A stretch of DNA of 64,000 bases from Gemmatimonadales bacterium. GTDB taxonomy: Bacteria; Gemmatimonadota; Gemmatimonadetes; Gemmatimonadales; GWC2-71-9. The position numbers and the translations under genes are program-made. The notes under the pieces were generated by a model. It was not told where the DNA came from. It ran no database searches and saw only the letters and a program-made list of their open reading frames with translations. Location of the stretch: NCBI GenBank assembly GCA_037189525.1, contig JBBCJC010000005.1:288001-352000 (forward strand). The letters are read 5' to 3'. Below are positions 45,024 through 52,901 of this stretch, piece after piece. How positions within the stretch are numbered: position 1 is the first letter of the stretch; every line of letters begins with the position of its first letter.

Positions 45024-46948
45024 GGCAAACGCTCCAATCCGGTGCGCACCCATCGCTCGACCTGCCTGGCCACTCCGTTCAGCACCGGCTGCCAATCCTG
45101 ACCAGGCCCTTTGCGCGCCAATCCAATCGACGGCCACCACGGCGAACGATCCCGGCCGAAGACGGTCCAGTCGTTGCCGCCGTCGGTCTGCCAGGTGCGA
45201 ACACCACTGGCTCCCGCGAGCGACGACACCGCGGTCGGCGCCGTAATCACGGCATCGAGCGACGCGAGCAACCCGACGACACTCTCGAGATCCTGCTTGA
45301 GATCTTCACCCGCCCAGCGGTGCACCCGCACCCCGTGAATGCGCTCGATCTCGGCCAGTTCCACGTCGCAGTCGTCATACTGCAGATTGATCCAGGTCAC
45401 ACCGGGTACGCGCCACACCGGCGCCCACGCGGCGAGCGGAGCGTAGTGCCGCTGCCGTTCGGCCGTGAGCAACCCGCTACGCCAGCAGACACCGATCTTC
45501 GGACCTGCCGGGAGCGCTGCCAGCCGCTCCGCCCAGCGGTCGGCCAGATCGGGCCGCGCACGGAGATACGCGCCGCTCCCTGCGAATGCCGCATGGGTGC
45601 GCCGCCAGAATCGAGGCAGGCTTCCCATCGGCAGATGGAAATCGAACGGTCCCGCCGCAGTGATCAGCACACCGCCATCCGGGAGGACCCGCACCGTAGG
45701 AAAGGCGCGTTCGACCATGGAGACCAGACGGGGCGACACCGCCACCGTCACCTGCGCACCTGACTGCAGCACATCGTCCAGGCAGGTCAGGAACATCAGT
45801 TCGTCGCCCAAACCCTGCTCACGCCAGATCAGGATCCGCTTGCCGTTCAGGTCCTCGCCCTGATACGCCGGCCACGGATAGGTCCGATACTCTGCCGGCC
45901 GGCTGGTTGCCCGCCAGCGCCACTCGTACTCGTCCCACCCGGCCGGAATGTCACCGTGCCCGATCAGGGCAAGGGATCGGTTCCACCGGGTATCGGCTCG
46001 GTCGGGACTCCGGGCCATTGCCTGATCGTGCAGCTCGACCGCCAGCGCGAAGTCCCCACGCTCCGCCGCCAGACTCCCCATGGCGGTCAGCGGTTCGGGA
46101 CCATCGGACAGCGCGGCGGCTTGCATGAAGTACTGCAGCGCTTCGTCGAGTCGCCCGGCCGCCTGCAGCGCCGTGCCACCGTTGAGCCAGCCGTCGGCCT
46201 GCCGGGGTGCAACCGTGACGGCGCGCCCCTGCAGCGCAATCGCGTCCTCCACCCGATCGAGCTTGAGGCAGAGCACCCCCAGGTTCGTGAGGACATCGGC
46301 GTCGTTCGGCGCGGTCGCCAGAGCGCGCTGGTAGGCCAGCACGGCTTCATCGTTCCGTCCCGCCAGCTGGGCAAGCACGCCGAGGTTCTTGTGGGCAATC
46401 GACAGCTCGGGCGCGATTCCGGCGGCGGTGCGATACCGAGCGGCCGCCTCATCTAGCCGGCCGGCGGCGCGCAGCGCGTTACCCAGGTTGAGCTGAGCCA
46501 GCGGCGACCGCGGGTCCTTGATCACCGCAGTCTCCAGCACGTCGACCGCCTCGGCAATGTCCCCGCGGTCGAGCCGCACCAGACCCAGGTTGATCCAGGC
46601 GTCGGTATATCCGGGTTCGAGCCGGGTAGCGGTCGTGAGTTCACGCAGGGCGCTCTCGAGGTCGCCGAGACCGCGCAACACGTGCCCATAGTTCGAGCGA
46701 TACTCCGCCACTTTGGGACGCAGGGCCACGAGACGCTCGAAGTGCGACGCCGCCTCCGTCAGATGCCCATCGGCCAGCAGCAGCAACCCCAGCAGGTGAT
46801 GCGCATCGGCATTGGACGGCTCGGCCGCGAGCACCTGGCTGTAGCACGAGGCCGCCGCTTCGTGGCGGCCGGCACGATGATGCGCCAGGCCGTCGTGCAA
46901 CTGCTGACGAACGGCGCCAGCGCGCTGGGTGCGAACGGCGCCGCTCAT
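45020..46948 (-). CDS. TPR + GT-B glycosyltransferase, FlmG/FlbA-like (paralog 3)
   Basis: TPRs plus YQGEDLNGKRILIWREQGLGDELMF...NLQYDDC...; ATG 46948 (ATGA overlap). Confidence 0.85.
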   Translation of the reverse strand: MSGAVRTQRAGAVRQQLHDGLAHHRAGRHEAAASCYSQVLAAEPSNADAHHLLGLLLLADGHLTEAASHFERLVALRPKVAEYRSNYGHVLRGLGDLESALRELTTATRLEPGYTDAWINLGLVRLDRGDIAEAVDVLETAVIKDPRSPLAQLNLGNALRAAGRLDEAAARYRTAAGIAPELSIAHKNLGVLAQLAGRNDEAVLAYQRALATAPNDADVLTNLGVLCLKLDRVEDAIALQGRAVTVAPRQADGWLNGGTALQAAGRLDEALQYFMQAAALSDGPEPLTAMGSLAAERGDFALAVELHDQAMARSPDRADTRWNRSLALIGHGDIPAGWDEYEWRWRATSRPAEYRTYPWPAYQGEDLNGKRILIWREQGLGDELMFLTCLDDVLQSGAQVTVAVSPRLVSMVERAFPTVRVLPDGGVLITAAGPFDFHLPMGSLPRFWRRTHAAFAGSGAYLRARPDLADRWAERLAALPAGPKIGVCWRSGLLTAERQRHYAPLAAWAPVWRVPGVTWINLQYDDCDVELAEIERIHGVRVHRWAGEDLKQDLESVVGLLASLDAVITAPTAVSSLAGASGVRTWQTDGGNDWTVFGRDRSPWWPSIGLARKGPGQDWQPVLNGVARQVERWVRTGLERLP

Positions 46949-48348
46949 ACGATACCGTCCTCGACCCGGCGCGCATCGAGTTCCATGGCGGCGCGCCGGA
47001 GTACCGGCGCCCAGTCGGCGGATCCGAAGGTTCGGCGAATCAGGCGGATGCTCGGGAACCACGGCGATCGGTCCTCACCGTGCGCCGTCCAGTCGAGCCC
47101 GTTGTCGATCTGCCAGGTCGAAACCCCCGCCGCGCCGGCCAGCGAACTCACGGCGGTCGGTGCGGTGACCACGGCGTCCAGATTCCAGATCAGCCCGAGC
47201 GCGCTCTCGAGATCGTTCTTGAGATCCTCCTCGTCCCAGCGATGGATCGTGATCCCGTGCTGCGCTTCCGCAGTCGTCAGCTCCGCCAGGCAGTCATCGT
47301 ACTGGAGATTGATCCAGTGAATGCCCGGCGTCGTCAGAACAGGGCCCCACTCTTCCAAACGGCTGTAGGTGCGCGACCGCTCTTCCGTCATCATGCCGCT
47401 CCGCCAGCAGATCCCGACCTTGAGGCCGGGACCCAGCGCATCGAGCCGGGTCGTCCACCGGGTGGCATGCGCCGAATCCGGGGTCAGAAACTTGGTCTGC
47501 AACGGAAAGGCGTCGCGATTCTTTCGCAGGTACCGCGGCAACGTGCCGAGCGGAACGTGGAAATCGTACTCGGCGTCACCCCACGCGCCATCGTCGATGA
47601 CCGTCACGCCGGGAAAGGCGCGCGTCAGCATGCCGACCAGGCGCGGTGAGACGGCCAGCGTGACCTCCGCGCCGGCGGCAACCAGATCTCGGAGGCAGGT
47701 GGCAAAGAGGAGTTCGTCGCCCAGTCCCTGCTCCCGCCAGACCAGGATCCGTTTGGCGGCCACCGGCTCGCCCGCCCAGAGCGGCCAGGAAAACCGGGTA
47801 GCGGGGTCGACGCCAAGTTGGGTCCAGCGATGCTCGTACTGGGCCCATCCCGCCTGGAAGCTCCCGCCGGCCAACAGGGCCGTGGCCAAATTCCACTGCG
47901 CGCCGGTGTATTCCGGCTCCTGTTCGAGGACGGCGCGGTAGCTCTCCGCCGCTTCCGAAAACTCGCCTAACGCCAGCAGCGCGTTGGCCAGGTTGTAGCG
48001 GGGCCGCACATCGTCGCTCACGCACTCGACCGCCTGGCGGTACATCACCACGGCTTCCTGATGCCGTTCGAGGCGCTCCAGCATGGCGCCCAGATTGAGC
48101 CACGCGTCGCCCGCTGTCGGACGGAGCCGGACCGCGGCCTCGAAGCAGGTCACCGCCCCTTCGTAGTCCCGTTCCTCCCGAAGCAACTGGCCCAGATTGA
48201 AATGTGCCGGCGCCAGACCCGGATTGATCCGGATCGCCTTCCGGTACGCGGCCACCGCGCGAACCCGGTCACCCGCCTGCTGCGCTGCGATGCCGCGACG
48301 CAACACGTCGATTCCGGGTACCAGCGTCGCTCCTTGTACTCCGATCAT
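46945..48348 (-). CDS. TPR + GT-B glycosyltransferase, FlmG/FlbA-like (paralog 2)
   Basis: TPRs plus WAGEPVAAKRILVWREQGLGDELLF...NLQYDDC...; ATG 48348 (ATGA overlap). Confidence 0.85.
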   Translation of the reverse strand: MIGVQGATLVPGIDVLRRGIAAQQAGDRVRAVAAYRKAIRINPGLAPAHFNLGQLLREERDYEGAVTCFEAAVRLRPTAGDAWLNLGAMLERLERHQEAVVMYRQAVECVSDDVRPRYNLANALLALGEFSEAAESYRAVLEQEPEYTGAQWNLATALLAGGSFQAGWAQYEHRWTQLGVDPATRFSWPLWAGEPVAAKRILVWREQGLGDELLFATCLRDLVAAGAEVTLAVSPRLVGMLTRAFPGVTVIDDGAWGDAEYDFHVPLGTLPRYLRKNRDAFPLQTKFLTPDSAHATRWTTRLDALGPGLKVGICWRSGMMTEERSRTYSRLEEWGPVLTTPGIHWINLQYDDCLAELTTAEAQHGITIHRWDEEDLKNDLESALGLIWNLDAVVTAPTAVSSLAGAAGVSTWQIDNGLDWTAHGEDRSPWFPSIRLIRRTFGSADWAPVLRRAAMELDARRVEDGIV

Positions 48349-50711
48349 CGGCCGTTCTCCCGCCCCATCGAAATCCATTCACCCAGCCGACCCGCCAAGC
48401 GCTGAACGGCCGACTCCCATGTCGTTTCCCCCGGTCGCTTCCGCTCGAGCCGAATGCTCGGCCACCAGGGCGACCGATCCGCCCCGAAGACGGTCCAGTC
48501 GCTCCCGCTGTCGAGCTGCCAGGTCGGAATGCCCGTCGCTCCGGCCAGCGAGCTCACCGCGGTCGGTGCGCTCACCACCGCATCGAGCTGGCTCATCAGG
48601 CCGACGACGCTCTCCAGGTCGTTCTTCAAGTCCTCACCGTCCCAGCGATGGACCCGGACGCCCGTCGCCGCCTCGATGGCAGACAACTCGGCCTCACAGT
48701 CGTCATATTGCAGGTTGACCCAGGTCACCCCAGGCACCCGCCAGAGCGCGCCCCATTCGTCGGCAGGCGCGTAATACCGGCGGCGTTCCGGCGTCACCAG
48801 CCCGCTCCGCCAGCAGATGCCCACCTTGCGGTCGTCGCCCAGCGTGTCCAGCCGCGCCCGCCACCGGGCCGCCTCGGATGCCGTCGGCGCGAGAAACACA
48901 CCGGAACTCCGGAACGTTTCCCGGCTCCGACGCCACCAGCGCGGCAGGCTCCCCATCGGTAGCTGCCCATCGAAGTGTTCGAGTTCGCCCAGCACCCCAG
49001 GCCCATCCGCCAGCACCTCTGCTTCGGGAAAGGCCCGGCCGACCAGCGACACCAGCCGAGGACTGACCACGAGCGTGACGGTAGCGCCAGCGGTAATCAG
49101 GTCGGGTACGCAGGTCAGGAAGAGCAGTTCGTCGCCCAATCCCTGCTCCCGCCACACCAGGAGACGCCGCCCCGCCACCTCCGCACCGCCCTGCCAAACC
49201 GGCACCTTGGGCAGCTCGGGCACCTGCGGGGTATCGCCGTTCCGCCAACGCCATTCGTAACCGTCCCAACCACGGGCCAGTTCGCCCTTGCCCAGCTGCG
49301 CCAGCGCCAGATTCCAGTTGGCCTCGCCGTACTGCGGACGAATCCGCAACGCCTGGTAGTAACCGGTAATGGCTTCGTCGTAGCGGCCCACCTCACGCCA
49401 CGCATTGCCGATGTTGTACGCAGCTTCCGCATAGTCGTGACGGAGCTGCAGCGCTTCGTGATAACTGACGACCGCGCGCGCCGTGTCGCCGCGGGCTTTG
49501 AGCGCGTTCCCCAGACCCAGGCGCGCATCGGCCTGTCCGGGATCGAGCGCGACCGCGCCTTCGAGGGTGACTACGGCAGCATCGACCTCACCGGCCGCCA
49601 GCAGCACGTTGCCGAGATTGGTGGCGATCCGTACCGATTCGGGAGCCAGTTGCACGGCGCGCCGGAGGTCGACGACGGCAGCGTCGAACTGACCGAGATG
49701 CCGGTACACGCCACCCCGCGTCGACAGCAGGTCCGCATGATCGGGCGCCTGGCGGAGCCCTTCGGTCAGCGCAGCGAGTGCCTGATCGAGCGCGCCCTGC
49801 GCCTGACAGATCACGCCCAGATGGAGATAGGCTTGCGCCGCGGCGGGACGCGCCACGCAGGCCGTCTCGAACGCTTCGCGGGCTTCGTCGAGCCGCCCCA
49901 GCGCCTGCAGCGCAATGCCTAGATTGATGACGGCTTCGTAGTGGGCGGGCTCGAGCACCAATCCCTGGCGATAGACCTCGACCGCGCCCGCGAGATCGCC
50001 CGCGGCCGACAGCGCAGTCCCCAGGTTCGAATAGGCCTCGACCAGCGTGGGTTTGAGCTCGATGGCCCGGCGATAGGACGCGACCGCCTCATCCAGGCGA
50101 TCGGTGGCCTGCAGCAGCGAGCCCAGATCGGAGTGGGCTTCGGCAAAATCGGGCTTCAATTCGAGCGAGGTTCGGAGCGCGCGCTCCGCATCGCTCATCC
50201 GGCCCAGCGCATGGAGAGCGGCGCCCCGGGTCGCGTGGGCCTCCGCAAAGCCGGGATCCAACGCCAGCGCACGATCGTACCCCCGGACCGCGCCGCGCGG
50301 ATCGCCGAGCAGCCGGCGGACGGTGCCCAGATGGAGGTGCGCATGCGGCGAAGCCGGACGGAGGACGACGGCACGCTCGAAGGCCGCCCGCGCGCGATCG
50401 ACCTGCCCGGTCGCCTGCAACGCCAGACCGAGATTGATGACGAAATCGGGCGCCTTGGGATCGAGCGCCACCGCCTGCTCGAGCAGCGAAACGGCCACCG
50501 CGTGCTTTCCCGCCTGATGGGCCAATACCCCACTCAGATGGAGCGCATCGGGCTGGCGCGGATCCAGGGACAGCACGGCCTGATAGCAGGCCAGCGCACG
50601 GCTCAACTCGCCCCGTTGATGGAAGGCGAGCCCCTGGCGCAGTACCTGTCGCAGATCCTGGGTCGAACCCGGCAGATCCAGCTCGACCCCTGGCAGTACA
50701 TCAGTGTCCAT
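48345..50711 (-). CDS. TPR + GT-B glycosyltransferase, FlmG/FlbA-like (paralog 1, longest TPR array)
   Basis: More than 10 TPR-like repeats plus RRLLVWREQGLGDELLF...NLQYDDC...; ATG 50711 preferred (in-frame TTG at 50744 possible). Confidence 0.85.
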   Translation of the reverse strand: MDTDVLPGVELDLPGSTQDLRQVLRQGLAFHQRGELSRALACYQAVLSLDPRQPDALHLSGVLAHQAGKHAVAVSLLEQAVALDPKAPDFVINLGLALQATGQVDRARAAFERAVVLRPASPHAHLHLGTVRRLLGDPRGAVRGYDRALALDPGFAEAHATRGAALHALGRMSDAERALRTSLELKPDFAEAHSDLGSLLQATDRLDEAVASYRRAIELKPTLVEAYSNLGTALSAAGDLAGAVEVYRQGLVLEPAHYEAVINLGIALQALGRLDEAREAFETACVARPAAAQAYLHLGVICQAQGALDQALAALTEGLRQAPDHADLLSTRGGVYRHLGQFDAAVVDLRRAVQLAPESVRIATNLGNVLLAAGEVDAAVVTLEGAVALDPGQADARLGLGNALKARGDTARAVVSYHEALQLRHDYAEAAYNIGNAWREVGRYDEAITGYYQALRIRPQYGEANWNLALAQLGKGELARGWDGYEWRWRNGDTPQVPELPKVPVWQGGAEVAGRRLLVWREQGLGDELLFLTCVPDLITAGATVTLVVSPRLVSLVGRAFPEAEVLADGPGVLGELEHFDGQLPMGSLPRWWRRSRETFRSSGVFLAPTASEAARWRARLDTLGDDRKVGICWRSGLVTPERRRYYAPADEWGALWRVPGVTWVNLQYDDCEAELSAIEAATGVRVHRWDGEDLKNDLESVVGLMSQLDAVVSAPTAVSSLAGATGIPTWQLDSGSDWTVFGADRSPWWPSIRLERKRPGETTWESAVQRLAGRLGEWISMGRENGR

Positions 50712-50867
50712 GGCGTTCCCGTACGTCGCGTCAGCCGATGACAACAGTTGAGACGGATACCGGCGTATCCAGCCGCTGCTTCGATCGTTTGTGCCGATCC
50801 CGTTCCAGGATCAGGCCGATCGACGAGGCATGATTTGCCGGTTTCCCCGTCGGTACAGGCAGGAGGG

Positions 50868-50882
50868 GCAAGAGGGGGGCCA
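50868..50882 (-). promoter_or_regulatory. sigma54 promoter of the glycosylation operon
   Basis: Minus strand TGGCCC-CCCTC-TTGC (GG-N10-GC); IHF-like AATAATGACTTA ending 50949; enhancer-like AGGCATGATTTGCCG at 50826-50840. Confidence 0.65.
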
Positions 50883-51076
50883 GGGCCGTAAAAGGCGCCA
50901 CATGGGCACCGAAAGCGCTCCACCTATCGCATTGCCGAATAATGACTTAGGATTCTATGATCGGGGTGTTTTCCCGAGCCGGGCCGCAGTGCGTGCGCAC
51001 CGGGAGGAGAGGAGAAATCGGCCGGACCTTTCTTCCCGGGCACAGAGCGTGCACTCCTGCCCTTCGGCGCGCGGGC

Positions 51077-51104
51077 TCAAGTTTTCCGGGCGACCGACCG
51101 ATAC
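51077..51104 (+). promoter_or_regulatory. sigma28 promoter of flgM
   Basis: TCAA-N16-ACCGATAC; same spacing as the flgL and fliC promoters. Confidence 0.7.
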
Positions 51105-51167
51105 CATCCGGAGTCGGGGAAATCGGTTATGGAACCGGCTCCCGTCTGGCGAGGAGAAGAGGATCGA

Positions 51168-51509
51168 ATGGCCATCAATCCAGCGGCACCCCAAGGCCCA
51201 AGGCGCGGGACCGACCCAGCCGCGCTCGAAGCCAATCGGGCCCAGGAAGCCCGGCGACCGGGATCAGGCAATCCGGAGCCGGGGGCAGCAGACTCGACCC
51301 GGCCGCGCGCCGACTCGGTCGACCTGTCGGCCGACGCCCGGGCACTTTCGGAGCAGCAGGAGGTCCGCAGCGCGAAGTCGTCCCTGCCGACCGACCGTCT
51401 CAAGGAGATCGGTGAACGCCTGGCTACCGGGTTCTACGATCAGCCCGAGGTGATCGAGTCCGTGGCGCGCCGCATCTCGGCAGACCCCGGTTTCCGCGCA
51501 GACGGCTGA
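51168..51509 (+). CDS. flgM: Anti-sigma28 factor FlgM
   Basis: DSVDLSADARAL...DRLKEIGERLATGFYDQPEVIESVARRI; RBS before ATG 51168; sigma28 promoter upstream. Confidence 0.78.
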   Translation: MAINPAAPQGPRRGTDPAALEANRAQEARRPGSGNPEPGAADSTRPRADSVDLSADARALSEQQEVRSAKSSLPTDRLKEIGERLATGFYDQPEVIESVARRISADPGFRADG

Positions 51510-51514
51510 GCAGC

Positions 51515-51925
51515 ATGATGGCGCAGCCCGCCCCGGAACCGCGTCCGACCGTCCTGCTCGTCGATGATGACGAGATGGTCTGTCGGAGCGTCGCGCGTTT
51601 TCTGGGGAGGGCGGGCTTCGATGTCACCGTATCCCACTCGGGACACGATGCGCTGGAGCGGGTTCGAACCCGTCACTTCGATGCCGTTGTGACCGACCAC
51701 AACATGCCCACCATGAGCGGCATCGAATTGATCGAGGAACTGGTCCGCCGCAATCCGGAATTGCGTGGGCACATCTTTCTGACCAGCGGCGACCTCGACA
51801 TTCTGAGGCACGACGCCTTCCTCAAGAGCACCGGCTCGCGGGGGCTCGAAAAGCCGTTTCAGGTGGCCGAACTCGCCTCGACGCTCCGCAGCACCCTGGG
51901 CCTGGCCCCCGCCTCCGTCAGCTGA
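51515..51925 (+). CDS. Single-domain response regulator (CheY-like receiver)
   Basis: LLVDDDE, VTDHNMP (phospho-Asp), FLTSG, LEKPF. Confidence 0.88.
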   Translation: MMAQPAPEPRPTVLLVDDDEMVCRSVARFLGRAGFDVTVSHSGHDALERVRTRHFDAVVTDHNMPTMSGIELIEELVRRNPELRGHIFLTSGDLDILRHDAFLKSTGSRGLEKPFQVAELASTLRSTLGLAPASVS

Positions 51926-51931
51926 CCCGCC

Positions 51932-52825
51932 TCAGGGCTGCAGGTCAGACCGATACGTCGTCAAAAACTGCAGCAGCGTTACCGCGTCCGTGAGCGACGG
52001 CGTCGCATAGCGGATGGTGTGCGCATCGTGTCGAGTCACACCAGGCATCAGCGCAGCGGCTTCCGCCGGCAGATAACTCTTGTAGGTGACATCGAGGGTA
52101 TAGGGCCCCCGAACCACGAACGGCTTGATCTGCCGCAACCGCTCGATGGCAGCTTTAGCCTTGGTCCGAATCAGCTCCTGCCCGGCCTGCGGCGTCATCG
52201 TCTCGGCCGAATGGAAGCCGAGCGACCGCTTGACCACCGCGCCCTCGACGTTCGGAATGAACTTCTGCACCTCGGCCACCGCGGCGTCATCACCCGATAC
52301 GAGCACCACCGGCACCCCGAACAGCCCGGCAACCGCAGCATTGAGACTCGACTCGGACTGCGTCACCCCGTTCAGCGAAACGGCCGCGAAGGTCGCACTC
52401 GAGAGCGTATGGGCGCGCACCCCGTTCGGGTTGGTCGTCGCCGAGTGGTAGCCGATGAACATCACCGCGCTCACCGAGGAATCGATCCCGGCGACCATCG
52501 AATACTTCCGCGGCGACCCCCGGATGATCCGGACATCGGCCGGGAACCGGTCGATCAGCAGGTTCTGCATGTTGCCGTGGGAGTCGGCGACCAGAAACTC
52601 GGTCGCGCCGCCGGCCCGGGCGCCCTCGACTGCGGCAAGCGCCTCCGCCGTCATGAACTCGCGGAACCGTTGATACTCGAAGCCCGTCGGCCCGAGTTGC
52701 TCGCCCGTGACCACCCCGGTAATGCCTTCCATGTCGACCGTGATCAGGACCTTGATCGGTCGCTGGGCATCGAGGGTACCGGCGCCCGCGCCGAGACAGA
52801 GCGCAGCCAGAATCCATCGGGTCAT
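51932..52825 (-). CDS. M55 family D-aminopeptidase (DppA-like) with signal peptide
   Basis: VDMEGITGV, VADSHG, FIGYHS, AHT, VSGDD. Confidence 0.9.
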   Translation of the reverse strand: MTRWILAALCLGAGAGTLDAQRPIKVLITVDMEGITGVVTGEQLGPTGFEYQRFREFMTAEALAAVEGARAGGATEFLVADSHGNMQNLLIDRFPADVRIIRGSPRKYSMVAGIDSSVSAVMFIGYHSATTNPNGVRAHTLSSATFAAVSLNGVTQSESSLNAAVAGLFGVPVVLVSGDDAAVAEVQKFIPNVEGAVVKRSLGFHSAETMTPQAGQELIRTKAKAAIERLRQIKPFVVRGPYTLDVTYKSYLPAEAAALMPGVTRHDAHTIRYATPSLTDAVTLLQFLTTYRSDLQP

Positions 52826-52901
52826 CGTATCGTCTGCTCCTCCGGATCGGGCACGGCCCTTCCCGGTCGTTGAGTCATCCAGCCTGGCCCACCCGTGCTC
52901 A

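Noticed and set aside
43491..45101. 536-aa plus-strand ORF and similar long antisense ORFs (e.g. 21604-22926, 35515-36843, 53730-54971)
   Set aside because: They lie opposite well-supported genes and have shadow-like composition
50793..50807. Alternative minus-strand sigma54-like box TGGAAC-GGGAT-CGGC (and plus-strand GGGCAC-CGAAA-GCGC at 50904-50918)
   Set aside because: Both lack the TTGC -12 element; the box at 50868-50882 fits better
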